Both the position numbers and the translations under genes were made by a program. The notes beneath the pieces were generated by a model. The model made no database searches. It was not told the DNA's origin and worked only from the letters and a program-made list of their open reading frames with translations. A DNA stretch of 64,000 nucleotides from Spirochaetia bacterium (GTDB lineage: Bacteria > Spirochaetota > Spirochaetia > SZUA-6 > Bin103), in NCBI GenBank assembly GCA_965208575.1, contig CBDBOV010000006.1:288001-352000 (forward strand), given 5' to 3'. Positions 1 through 9,354 of this stretch are shown piece after piece (the stretch's first letter is position 1; each line of letters begins with the position of its first letter).

Positions 1-504
1 ACCGTCGTCGTTCTCGCGGTGGCGCTCGTCGTGACCGCGTCCATCCTCGTCCACGTCATGTTCGCGAGCGAAGTCACCGACCTCACGGTCGAGCTGCTCG
101 CCGCCATCATTGCGGTCGTGCTCGTGGTCGCCTCGGTCGGCGTGACCATTCACTTCCAGGTGCGCTCCGAGACCGAGCGCGAATACCGCGTCGAGCTGTT
201 TCGCCAAAAGCTCGAGTTGTACAAGGACACGATCGCCTGCATCACCCGGGCCGACGACGACGGTGTCATTCACGACCACGAGATCGAGGAGATGCGCAAC
301 TACGCACGCATCACCGCGCTGGTCGGCAATGCCGACCTCGTGCGCGCGCTCGCCGACTTCGTCGCCGGCGTGGAGCGCAGCCGCAGCATCGCGCGAGAGA
401 AGGAGCAGGGCTCGTTCCGCGCCGTCCTGCAGGAAATGAGGGACGACCTCGGCGTGGTGGAAGGCGACGTCAAAGAGTACGTCAAGCGCCTCATGCGGAG
501 TTGA
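1..504 (+). CDS. hypothetical membrane protein (5' end probably outside window)
   Basis: Frame is open from base 1; two hydrophobic N-terminal segments followed by a helical soluble domain; typical high-GC codon usage. Confidence 0.6.
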   Translation, partial: TVVVLAVALVVTASILVHVMFASEVTDLTVELLAAIIAVVLVVASVGVTIHFQVRSETEREYRVELFRQKLELYKDTIACITRADDDGVIHDHEIEEMRNYARITALVGNADLVRALADFVAGVERSRSIAREKEQGSFRAVLQEMRDDLGVVEGDVKEYVKRLMRS

Positions 505-580
505 GCGCCGAACGTCGCGAAGTGGGGACTCCGCCGCAGGCCGCCGGCGCCTACCCGCGCCAACCGGCGCCCGTTGCAAC

Positions 581-609
581 TTGCACATCGGCAACTTCTT
601 TACGATACT
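581..609 (+). promoter_or_regulatory. putative sigma70 promoter
   Basis: TTGCAC (581-586), 17 bp spacer, GATACT (604-609), in an AT-richer patch just before the ATG at 616. Confidence 0.35.
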
Positions 610-615
610 GAAAGT

Positions 616-843
616 ATGGATTCTTCAGCCAGGCCGGACCTGCCTGCCGGAGCCGCACGCATCTCCGCCGCTGACGCGTGGCGCGCGCGGCTTCGCGTCG
701 ACAGTGGCAGGGACGAGCAGCTTGAGCTCGACTTCGGCCAACCCGCGGTCCCGGTACGGGAGGACTGGGACCTGGTGCGTGACGTGGAGCCGGCGCTCCC
801 CGGCCCGGCCCGGCCGCACCCAGCGAAGCTCTCCTGGGACTGA
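616..843 (+). CDS. small hypothetical protein (75 aa)
   Basis: ATG at 616 directly after the predicted promoter; fills the gap before the SHMT-like gene; no recognisable family. Confidence 0.4.
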   Translation: MDSSARPDLPAGAARISAADAWRARLRVDSGRDEQLELDFGQPAVPVREDWDLVRDVEPALPGPARPHPAKLSWD

Positions 844-929
844 GTCGCCTGCGGAGCGCCCCGCCGGCGCCGGCGCCGGCTGCCGACAAGACGAAGCCTC
901 ATACTGCGCTGGACCACGAGAGCCGGCAC

Positions 930-2183
930 ATGAACCAGGGCCTCGATCAGCGCGACCCGTTGATCGCCGATGCGCTGGCCGGCGAACGGCGGCGCCAGCG
1001 GGAGCAGATCGAGCTGATCGCCGCCGAGAACATCGTCAGCCGTGCCGTGCTCGACGCACTCGGTCACGAGGTGACCAACAAGGCGCTGGAGGGCTACCCC
1101 GGCGCGCGCTATCACGCCGGCGGGCGCTACGTCGACGTGATGGAGCAGGCGGCGATCGACCGCGCGTGCGAGCTGTTCGGCTGTGCATACGCAAACGTGC
1201 AGCCGCACTCCGGCAGCCAGGCCAATCTTGCCGTGTTCTTTGCGCTGGTCCGTCCCGGCGACCGCGTGCTCAGTCTCGACCTCGCGGCCGGCGGCCACCT
1301 GAGCCACGGGCTGCGCTCCAACCTGTCGGGCCGCTGGTTCGAGGCCCACCACTATGGAGTCTCACGCGAAACCGGCATGATCGACTACGACGAGGTGGAA
1401 GCGAAGGCCCTGGCGGTACGGCCGCGGGTTCTGATCGCCGGCGGATCCTCCTACCCGCGAGAACTGGAATTCGAGCGGCTGGCCCATACGGCACGGAAGG
1501 CTGGCGCCCACTTCGTGGTGGACATGGCGCACTTCGCCGGCCTCGTGGCGGGCGGCGCACACCCGTCGCCGATACCGCATGCCGACATCGTCACCACGAC
1601 CACGACCAAGACCCTCCGGGGACCGCGCGGCGGCGTGATCCTGGCGCGCGAGGAGAGCTGGAAGGGGAAGCTGCAGTCCGCCCTCTTTCCGGGCGTCCAG
1701 GGCAGCCTGCACCCGCAAGTGGTAGCCGCGAAGGCGGTCTGCCTGGGCGAGGCGCTGCAGCCGGAATTCGGGCGCTACGCCCACCAGGTCAAGCGCAACG
1801 CCGCGAAGCTGGCCGCGGTTCTGGCTGCCGGCGGCGTGTCCATCGTGACCGGCGGAACCGATACCCACCTGGTGCTGCTCGACCTGTCCGCAACGGGCGT
1901 GACCGGCCAGACCGCGGAGCGCGCCCTCGAACAGGCCGGCATCACTTCCAACAAGAACCCGATCCCATTCGACGTCCGCAGCCCGGCCAAGTGGAGCGGG
2001 CTGCGGCTGGGCGTCGCCTCCACGACGACCCGCGGCTTCCGGGAGCCCGAGATGCTACGCGTCGGAGAAGTGATTCTGTCTCTGCTGAGACCGCACGGCG
2101 CCGGCACCATCGATGAAGCACGACGGGCGGTGGCCGATCTCTGCCGCGCGTTCCCCATCTACTCCGCCGGCAGCCTCGCGTAG
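930..2183 (+). CDS. serine hydroxymethyltransferase-family enzyme, alpha-methylserine hydroxymethyltransferase (MSHMT)-like
   Basis: SHMT motifs ELIAAEN, NVQPHSGSQAN, GGHLSHG, DMAHFAGLV, KTLRGPRGG; variant residues NKALEGYPG..RYHAG, TTTTTKT and GVQGSLH typical of the MSHMT branch. Confidence 0.85.
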   Translation: MNQGLDQRDPLIADALAGERRRQREQIELIAAENIVSRAVLDALGHEVTNKALEGYPGARYHAGGRYVDVMEQAAIDRACELFGCAYANVQPHSGSQANLAVFFALVRPGDRVLSLDLAAGGHLSHGLRSNLSGRWFEAHHYGVSRETGMIDYDEVEAKALAVRPRVLIAGGSSYPRELEFERLAHTARKAGAHFVVDMAHFAGLVAGGAHPSPIPHADIVTTTTTKTLRGPRGGVILAREESWKGKLQSALFPGVQGSLHPQVVAAKAVCLGEALQPEFGRYAHQVKRNAAKLAAVLAAGGVSIVTGGTDTHLVLLDLSATGVTGQTAERALEQAGITSNKNPIPFDVRSPAKWSGLRLGVASTTTRGFREPEMLRVGEVILSLLRPHGAGTIDEARRAVADLCRAFPIYSAGSLA

Positions 2184-2236
2184 ATCGCCCGCCGGCAGCG
2201 AGACCGCCGAGACCGCCCGGCAAGAATGACAGCCGC

Positions 2237-2335
2237 CGTGCCAGTGTCTTGGATGGTCAACACGTCGTGACCCAACCGGCGAAGTTCCTCAACGACCGGG
2301 AGCGGGAAGTTCTCGTTCCCGTAGAGTCGCGCCAA
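2237..2335 (-). pseudogene. truncated PIN-like (DUF5615-type) toxin, N-terminus only
   Basis: TTG start immediately after the DUF433 stop; reads MARLYGNENFPLPVVEELRRLGHDVLTIQDTG, then similarity is lost at the direct repeat. Confidence 0.7.
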
Positions 2336-2665
2336 TCAGGCGTTCTCGTTCTCACGGATGTTGGCATTGATCTCCTGTTGGTGGGAACGGACATATGCCC
2401 ACGCGTTGGTCAGATCTTCCGCCCGGAGCGTCGGGTAGGCGCCTAGCAACTCAGCCTCGCTCGTGCCAAGCCGTCGGGCATGCTCCAGCATCCAGACCGG
2501 TATTCTGGTTCTGACGATGCAAGGGTCTCCTCCGCAGACCCTTGGGCTGCTCTCGATTCCGGGAAGAGCGTCTCCCACGTCGCGCGCAACCCACTGCAAG
2601 ACCTGTGCCTTCTCCGCTCTCGTCATGGTTGTCAGAAGCTTCTCGACCTGTCCGAGCGCACCCAT
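2336..2665 (-). CDS. DUF433-domain antitoxin-like protein
   Basis: GIESSPRVCGGDPCIVRTRIPVW...LLGAYPTL motif; GGAGG RBS upstream. Confidence 0.85.
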   Translation of the reverse strand: MGALGQVEKLLTTMTRAEKAQVLQWVARDVGDALPGIESSPRVCGGDPCIVRTRIPVWMLEHARRLGTSEAELLGAYPTLRAEDLTNAWAYVRSHQQEINANIRENENA

Positions 2666-2882
2666 CGCCTACCTCCCGAGAGAGCCGGCCCCGCCTTGAA
2701 TCCTGCACTCTCGCCCGCCAAACTTGCCCCCCCTGTGAGCCGATGTCAACGCGGGAGTGGTTGCGGGGTTGTGGTCAGAACAAGAGCGAGCAACTGCCAC
2801 TATACGCTGTCCCAGTCTCTTGGAGCGACGAGACCGCCCGGCAAGGATGACAGCCGCGCCGCTCTCTGCGACGATGACGGCA

Positions 2883-3485
2883 GTGCGCACGTTCAATACC
2901 GAGGGGCCCGTTGTCGCCGCGGACCACTACCACATTCCGCCGCTGGAGCGGATCGATCTCGGCGTGGTGCTCGGTCTGGTCCGGGACAAGAATTACTTCG
3001 TCCTGCCCGCGCCGCGGCAGACCGGCAAGACCTCGGCGCTGCTTGCGCTCCGTGACCTGCTGAATGGAGGACAGGCGGGCGACTACCGCATCCACTCGAC
3101 CGCCGAGATCCAGGAGTTCTTCCGAGAACACTCCGAGCACTGGACGCAGCGCTTCGAGAAGTACCACGAGGCCGGCCCGCAGTTGCTGCTGCAAGCGCAC
3201 CTGCGGCGCATCGTCAACGGCGGCGGGCGCACCGACCTGCTGATCGTGTGGCCGCAGGGCGGACGTGAGCGGCGCTTCGTGGTGGAGTGCAAGGTGCTAC
3301 GCAAGGACCTGGAGCGGACCATCGCCGAGGGCGTGGAACAGACGCGCGGCTACATGGATCGCTGCAGGGCGGAAGCCGGCCACCTGATCGTGTTCGACCG
3401 CGCACCCGACCGCCCCTGGGCAGACAAGATCTTCCGCCGCCCGCTGTCTGACGACGGCACACCGGTCACGGTCTGGGGGATGTAG
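2883..3485 (+). pseudogene. internally deleted AAA-like ATPase / PD-(D/E)XK nuclease-domain protein
   Basis: N-terminal RTFNTEGPV and Walker A APRQTGKT, then a jump to C-terminal YHEAGPQLLLQ..RTDLLI..VVECK..TVWGM; Walker B and the middle of the protein are missing. Confidence 0.7.
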
Positions 3486-3589
3486 CACCGAGCAAGTGCC
3501 GCCCGGCCGGTCAAGTGCGAGTCAGTCGCTTCTCGCGGTGGGAAGTACGCCCTCACCCCTGGCCACCCATGGGCCGTACACGGTGGTCG

Positions 3590-4198
3590 TTACAGTGCTG
3601 CCCATCGTTTCAGCTTGGCGCGGAAGTCGTCGATCAACGCCTTCAGTGAGGCATCGTTCCTCCCGGCGCGGTATAGATCCATCGCCTCCACCAAATCCGG
3701 GGCGAATTCCACTCCGCCCAAGGTGGTCGGGTGTCCACCTTGGGTAATCGCAGTCGCCAGAGCCTGCTTGTAATGCCCGCGGGCGCATTTCCCGGCGCCA
3801 ACGTCCGGGCGGCTGCCGACGACTCTTTCGAAAGACTGGGGGTCTGCAAGGTACCAGCGCTCGACGTGCGGATCGGGGCATGCGACAACGAGCCGATCCT
3901 GCAACGTCGGCTCGGCCGCGTTCTGCAGTTGTTGCCGTGCCGCAGCGAACGTCGAGCAGTTGCCGTCGATAGCGACGACGACCAGACCGGCGGTGACACT
4001 GCTCAGCGGACTGCGTGAGACGACGCGCTGGTAGAGCTTGAATTCGGCAACGGCGCGGGCGTGGCCTCCAGTGGCGGACCGCACGCGGACCCACATGGCG
4101 ATGTCCTCGTCTTGTGCGATCCGCGTCAACAGCGGCTTCAGAAATTCCTCGTGTGCGCGGTCTTCAACGAAGAGGTCCACCGCCAATGGATCACTCAT
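3590..4198 (-). CDS. DUF4276/RloB-like TOPRIM-fold protein
   Basis: LFVED N-terminal acidic motif, VAIDGN, ERWYLAD; overlaps the end of the upstream ATPase gene. Confidence 0.65.
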   Translation of the reverse strand: MSDPLAVDLFVEDRAHEEFLKPLLTRIAQDEDIAMWVRVRSATGGHARAVAEFKLYQRVVSRSPLSSVTAGLVVVAIDGNCSTFAAARQQLQNAAEPTLQDRLVVACPDPHVERWYLADPQSFERVVGSRPDVGAGKCARGHYKQALATAITQGGHPTTLGGVEFAPDLVEAMDLYRAGRNDASLKALIDDFRAKLKRWAAL

Positions 4199-5438
4199 CA
4201 ATGAGCCCACGGAGCAGCAGACTCTCGATCATGCCATCTTCGGACCTGCTTGCGAGCGCGTCGGTAATCTCGGCGTCCTTGTAGAGTGGGCCGGTTGCCT
4301 CGAATGGCTCGACCACCGTTCCCTGCGGCCCGAGGCGGACGTTGAACAGACCGATATTTCTCGGCTCGGGGGCCTCCCGCTGCAGCTTCAGCATCGCGTC
4401 GGCCAACAGCGGAGAGTGTGTCGTGACGACAATCTGCCTGCGCTGTTGTGCGACCAGCGAGAACAGGAGCTGGGCGATCAACTCCAGACGCCGCGGGTGT
4501 ACGCCATTCTCAGGTTCCTCGAAAGCGAGCAGAGAGCCGCCCCACGGGTTCACGGCGATGGTGCAGAGCGCCAGCACGCGTAGCGTTCCCTCGGACAGGA
4601 CCCGCGAGGAGTAGTTGATGCCCGCCTGGCGGATCGTCAGGTTCAACGTACCCCGCCGTTCATCGAGTTCGACACCCAGCGTTTCGATGCTTGGCACGAT
4701 CGAGCGCACCGTGCGGCGGATCGCGTCGAAGTGCTTTGGGCTCTCAGCCCGGAGTTTGTAGAGCAGTGCGGCGATATATTCCCCGTGGAACCCGATGTCG
4801 AACACGTCCGCCGGAGACTCCTCCTCCCGCATCTCCCTCCGTGGTTCGAAGTAGTAGGTGCGCCAGTTCAGCAGCTCCGCGCGAACATACTCCAGCCACG
4901 GATAGCCGGCACCGCTCAGACTCCGATCGGACAACACCGAGTGATTCAATCCAACCTGCTCCTCTCGTGGATGGGACGGCTTTCCCTTTCGCCGAATGCG
5001 GAAGTTGGAACCAACCCGCTCGATCGCGGCGGCACCCTTCGGTTGTCCGGAAGCGCCAAGCTGGGCCAGGTACTCATCGGCAACGGTGAGTTGGCCTGAC
5101 CTGAAATCGAACTTCGGTTCGATCCGATAGCGGTATCTTCCCTTCTCGACTGACAAATCTGCTTCCAATGTGAAGCTGGCGGACCCTCGCCGTACCATCT
5201 CGGGCAACCCACCCGAAGCAAAGGAGAACGCCTCGAATGCGTACCCCCGCACCGGAAGGGGACCGCCAAGGGCGTCAAACAGCGTACGCGCGGTACCCAT
5301 CCATGAGAGCGCCTGGATGGCATCCAGCAAGTTGCTCTTGCCCGCGGCATTGGGACCGAACAAGACAGCGAGCCGAGGCAACTCGACGGTTACCTCACGG
5401 AGAGACTTGAAATTACGAACGGTCAATGTGCTGAGCAT
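4191..5438 (-). CDS. ABC/AAA_21-type ATPase (SMC/OLD-like)
   Basis: RNFKSL, Walker A GPNAAGKS, signature LSEGT, Walker B AFEEPENGVHP, VTTHSP. Confidence 0.9.
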   Translation of the reverse strand: MLSTLTVRNFKSLREVTVELPRLAVLFGPNAAGKSNLLDAIQALSWMGTARTLFDALGGPLPVRGYAFEAFSFASGGLPEMVRRGSASFTLEADLSVEKGRYRYRIEPKFDFRSGQLTVADEYLAQLGASGQPKGAAAIERVGSNFRIRRKGKPSHPREEQVGLNHSVLSDRSLSGAGYPWLEYVRAELLNWRTYYFEPRREMREEESPADVFDIGFHGEYIAALLYKLRAESPKHFDAIRRTVRSIVPSIETLGVELDERRGTLNLTIRQAGINYSSRVLSEGTLRVLALCTIAVNPWGGSLLAFEEPENGVHPRRLELIAQLLFSLVAQQRRQIVVTTHSPLLADAMLKLQREAPEPRNIGLFNVRLGPQGTVVEPFEATGPLYKDAEITDALASRSEDGMIESLLLRGLIDE

Positions 5439-5658
5439 TACGTGATCCTGAGTCGGCGCGACCCTCCCCTTCGCGCCACCATGGTAGCCTGCGCGTGCCG
5501 GCAGAGGACAGACCGCGCACCACGCGCAGCCGCTGCGGGGCGTGCCCGTGTCGAAGGGTGTGCTGCGCCGTCACCGTACCGAGACCCAGCCCGACCGGTC
5601 AGAGGGAGCCGGCACCCTCCTCTCCCGTCGGTCCCCGCCACGTGCGCCCGCAACGTGC

Positions 5659-7497
5659 CTACAAGGGTATGGCCCGCTGCTGGAAGGCGACCAGGTCCGC
5701 GTACACACCCCCCGCGGCAAGCAGGGAGTCGTGGGGGCCGGCCTCCACGGTGCGCCCCTTCTCCAGGACGACGATGCGGTCGGCGCTGCGGATGGTGGAC
5801 AGCCGGTGCGCGATGACGAGCGAGGTACGGCCGGCGCGGACGCGGGCCATCGCCTCCCGGAGAAGACGCTCGTTCTCGGCATCCAGGTTGGAGACGGCCT
5901 CGTCCATCACCAGGATGGGGGCATCCTTGAGGATCGCCCGCGCGATTGCGATGCGCTGCCGCTGGCCCCCGGACATCCGGACCCCGCGCTCGCCGGCGCT
6001 GGTCTCATACCCCTGCGGCATCCGCATGATGAAGTCATGCGCCAGCGCGGCCCTCGCGGCCTCTTCCACCTCCGCGTCCAGGGCATCCGGGCGCGCCAGG
6101 CGGATGTTCTCGCGGATGGTCATGTTGAACAGGTAGACGTCCTGCGGCACCCAGGCGATCAGCTCGCGCAGGGCGCGCTGTGGGAACGTCCGGACATCAT
6201 GCCCGCCGATGGTGACGGCGCCCTCCGTGACATCCCAGAACCGCATGAGCAGATGGATGCAGGTGGACTTGCCCGCGCCGGAGTGCCCCACGAGGGCCAC
6301 GTTCTCGCCCGGCCCCACGGAGAAGCTCGCCGCTTCCAGAGCCGCGGGCAGATCCGCGGCGTAGTGGAAGCTCACAGCCCTGAACTCGATGCGGGGCTGC
6401 ACCGGGCCCGGGGGCGGCGCCGCCGCCGTGTCCGGCACGGGAGCGGGCGCGTTCAGCACGGCGAACACCCGGTCAGCCGCCGCGAAGACCACGCCGAGGC
6501 TCTCCGCGATGCCGGTTATGCTGGTCACCGGCCCGAAGATGAAGATGGCGAGGATGATGGCGACCGGATAGAGCGCCGGCGGCAGGGAGCCGGAGGACAC
6601 CAGGAAGGCTGCGCCGACGACGATGCTCACCATCCCGAACGTGATGAGCACGGACGTGACCGCCTGCTCTCCACCGGCTCTGCGCCCATGGGCAACCTGT
6701 GCGCCCACCAGGCTCCGGCTGCTCCGGAGCAGCCGTTCCAGGAAGCGCTGTCCCTGCCCGAAGGCCACGACTTCGCGCAGTCCCTGAACGCCGTCCACCA
6801 CCTCGGCGTTCAGCGAACCCAGGGTCTCGCGCAGTCTCCGGCCCTGGGCTGCCGCCCGCTTGCGCAACCAGAAGGGAACGCTCGCCACCGCCAGGGCCGC
6901 GGGGAGCAGCGCCAGGGGAAGCAGCCAGTGCATCGCCGCGAGGGCTGCGAGCGCCCCCAGCGGCACCATGACCGCCACGATGAACGTCCCCACCGTGTGC
7001 GCGTAGAACCACTCGATGGTGTCCACGTCGGCCATCGCCGCGGCGGAGAGGTCGCCGGAGCGCCGGTCGAGAAGATAGCCCGGCGCCAGCCGGTCCAGCG
7101 CCTGGTACAGCCAGGTGCGGAGCTCCGCCAGGATGCGGTAGGCGAGGTCGTGCGCCAGCCACATCTCCACCCAGGCCGCCACCGCCCTGCCGGCCACGAC
7201 GCCGCCGAGCACGAAGGCGCTGACGTAGAGCGCTTCAGCCGCCGCCCCCGCGGCTACGCTTCCCACCATGAACGCACCGATCCCGGCGGCGGCGATCATG
7301 AAGCCGTGGTTCAGGATGCCCGTGAGCACGGTGATTCCCATGAGCCAGTAGTACGGGCGCAGGATGCGGAGGAGCTGCCAGAACCCGGATCCCCATCTGC
7401 CGCCGCGTGGAGCGAACGCCCATTCGCTGGTGCGATTGCTCGCTAGCGCCCCAAGAACCGTCGCCTGCCGGCGTCGCTTTCGGCCCATCCCGTCCAT
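5659..7497 (-). CDS. ABC transporter fused permease/ATP-binding subunit (CydC/IrtB-like); start uncertain
   Basis: Six-TM domain plus GHSGAGKS, MSGGQRQR, ILVMDEA, IAHRLST. Confidence 0.88.
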   Translation of the reverse strand: MDGMGRKRRRQATVLGALASNRTSEWAFAPRGGRWGSGFWQLLRILRPYYWLMGITVLTGILNHGFMIAAAGIGAFMVGSVAAGAAAEALYVSAFVLGGVVAGRAVAAWVEMWLAHDLAYRILAELRTWLYQALDRLAPGYLLDRRSGDLSAAAMADVDTIEWFYAHTVGTFIVAVMVPLGALAALAAMHWLLPLALLPAALAVASVPFWLRKRAAAQGRRLRETLGSLNAEVVDGVQGLREVVAFGQGQRFLERLLRSSRSLVGAQVAHGRRAGGEQAVTSVLITFGMVSIVVGAAFLVSSGSLPPALYPVAIILAIFIFGPVTSITGIAESLGVVFAAADRVFAVLNAPAPVPDTAAAPPPGPVQPRIEFRAVSFHYAADLPAALEAASFSVGPGENVALVGHSGAGKSTCIHLLMRFWDVTEGAVTIGGHDVRTFPQRALRELIAWVPQDVYLFNMTIRENIRLARPDALDAEVEEAARAALAHDFIMRMPQGYETSAGERGVRMSGGQRQRIAIARAILKDAPILVMDEAVSNLDAENERLLREAMARVRAGRTSLVIAHRLSTIRSADRIVVLEKGRTVEAGPHDSLLAAGGVYADLVAFQQRAIPL

Positions 7498-7535
7498 CGC
7501 CCTAGGAGCCTGTCGCACGCCGACAGACTCCTAGG
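7440..7535 (-). repeat. dispersed ~95-bp repeat, copy 1, with CTAG-flanked 15-bp inverted repeat (MITE/REP-like)
   Basis: CCTAGGAGCCTGTCG-cacgc-CGACAGACTCCTAGG hairpin plus ~60 bp homologous to 25523-25614. Confidence 0.7.
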
Positions 7536-9276
7536 GTGCCCACATGGCCTCCTGCTGCGCCAGGACGAGGCCGGCATAGGCGCCGCGCCGCTCCATCAGC
7601 TCCCGGTGGCGGCCGGCCTCGACCACCCGCCCCTCGTCCAGTACGACGATGCGGTCGGCGTGGAGGACGGAGGAGAAGCGGTGGGCGATGGTGATGGTCG
7701 TCCGTCCCCGGGCCAGCCGCTGCAGCGCGTCACGGATCGCGCTCTCGTTCACGCCGTCCAGGCTGGAGGTCGCCTCGTCCAGGATGAGGACTGGGGCATC
7801 CTTCAGCAACGCCCGCGCGATGGCGATGCGCTGGCGCTCACCCCCGGAGAGCTTCGCTCCCCGTTCTCCGACCACGGTCCGATAGCCCTGGGGGAGGGCG
7901 GCGATGAACCCGTGCGCGTTGGCCGCCCGCGCCGCCGCTTCGAGCTCGCCCGGGGAGGCTCCCGGCTTCCCGAGCCGGAGGTTGTCCTCGGCCGTTCCAT
8001 GAAAGAGGTAGGTGTCCTGGGACACCACGGCGATCAGACCGCGCAGCGTCTCCAGAGGGTAGTCGCGGATGTCCACGCCGCCGATCTCCACGCGCCCCTG
8101 CCGGGGGTCGAAGAACCGCAGCAGCAGCGCGGCCACGGTGCTCTTCCCCGCCCCCGACTGACCGACCAGGCCAATGCTCTGGCCTGCGTCCACGGCGAAC
8201 GACAGGCCGTCGAGCGCCGGCGCGTTGTCCGGGTGGTAGGCAAAGGTGACGTTCACGAAGGCGAGGGACTTCGGCGTGCTCGCGCGCTCGGGGTGCGGCG
8301 GCGCGGCCTCGCGGTCAGCCACCTCGGGCTTTGCCTCCAGGAGTGCGAAGATGCCGGTGGAGGCGGATACGCCCAGGTAGCCCTTGTGCCAGTAGGAGTC
8401 CAGCTCCACCAACGGACGGAAGCACTCCCCCGTGAGGAACAGCACCACGAGGAGTCCCGCCAGGTCGAGCGCTCCGTCCGCCACCTGGAACGCGCCCACG
8501 GCGACGGCCATCGCCACGCCCGCGCTCATCGCCAGCCCCACGACGCCGTTGCGGATCATGGAGACGGCGAGCTGCGCCATGGTCGCCCGGTAGAGCGCGA
8601 ACGCGGCGTTCCGGAGGACCCGCCCCCGGCGCCCGCTGGCGCCCAGCGCCTTCAGCGTTACCATTCCCTGCATGCTGTCCACGAACTGGGCGTTGAGGTC
8701 CGTGTACGCCCGCCAGTGCCGCTGGCCGTACTCGCCCAGCAGGCCGTCCCACAGGCGCGGCACCAGGGGAACGGCCAGCACGCACGCCAGCACGATCACT
8801 CCCACCAGGGGGCTGAGGACGCAGATGTACGCCACCACGGCCAGGGGCACGGCCACCGCGACGATGGACTGCGGCAGGTAGTAGCCCAGGTAGGCCTCCA
8901 GGGCCTCCACGCCGTCCACGAGGGTGGATTGCACCGTTCCCGTCCGCGTCCGTTCCAGGTACCCGGGGCCGAGGGCAAGCAGCACGCGGTAGAGCCGCTG
9001 GCGCAGCGCCACCTTCACCTCCGCGGCGGTGCGCATGAAACTCATCTCACGCCACCGGAGCAGCAGCGCGCGAAGCGCCGCCAGCAGCGCGACGACGCCC
9101 ATGAGGGCGAGCGCCTCCGTCCACGGTTCGCCGGCCAGGACGCGGCTGACCACGAGGGCCACGGCCACGCCCTGCGCGACGAACGTCCCGGAGACCGCCA
9201 AACCCAGCGCCACGGTGAGGGCGATGCGAGCACGCACGCCCTCCGTCAGCGCCAGCATCTTCGGATGGACCATCAT
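7531..9276 (-). CDS. ABC transporter fused permease/ATP-binding subunit (CydD/IrtA-like)
   Basis: TM domain with YLGYYLPQ; GQSGAGKS, LSGGERQR, LILDEAT; partner of the adjacent half-transporter. Confidence 0.88.
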   Translation of the reverse strand: MMVHPKMLALTEGVRARIALTVALGLAVSGTFVAQGVAVALVVSRVLAGEPWTEALALMGVVALLAALRALLLRWREMSFMRTAAEVKVALRQRLYRVLLALGPGYLERTRTGTVQSTLVDGVEALEAYLGYYLPQSIVAVAVPLAVVAYICVLSPLVGVIVLACVLAVPLVPRLWDGLLGEYGQRHWRAYTDLNAQFVDSMQGMVTLKALGASGRRGRVLRNAAFALYRATMAQLAVSMIRNGVVGLAMSAGVAMAVAVGAFQVADGALDLAGLLVVLFLTGECFRPLVELDSYWHKGYLGVSASTGIFALLEAKPEVADREAAPPHPERASTPKSLAFVNVTFAYHPDNAPALDGLSFAVDAGQSIGLVGQSGAGKSTVAALLLRFFDPRQGRVEIGGVDIRDYPLETLRGLIAVVSQDTYLFHGTAEDNLRLGKPGASPGELEAAARAANAHGFIAALPQGYRTVVGERGAKLSGGERQRIAIARALLKDAPVLILDEATSSLDGVNESAIRDALQRLARGRTTITIAHRFSSVLHADRIVVLDEGRVVEAGRHRELMERRGAYAGLVLAQQEAMWAP

Positions 9277-9354
9277 CCCCGGCGCCGCCCCCCTCCCGTG
9301 GCTCTCCTGCACGGTGTTGCCCTGAACGTTGACAGCATGGGCGTGAGTCCCGTG

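Larger units (their letters stand above)
2208..2857 (+). repeat. 29-bp direct repeat pair CGAGACCGCCCGGCAAG(A/G)ATGACAGCCGC at 2208-2236 and 2829-2857
   Basis: Seen directly, 1 mismatch; brackets the DUF433/PIN module. Confidence 0.85.

Noticed and set aside
930-2183. Calling this gene canonical glyA
   Set aside because: Key GlyA residues (the Tyr of NKYAEG, the His before the PLP lysine) are substituted.
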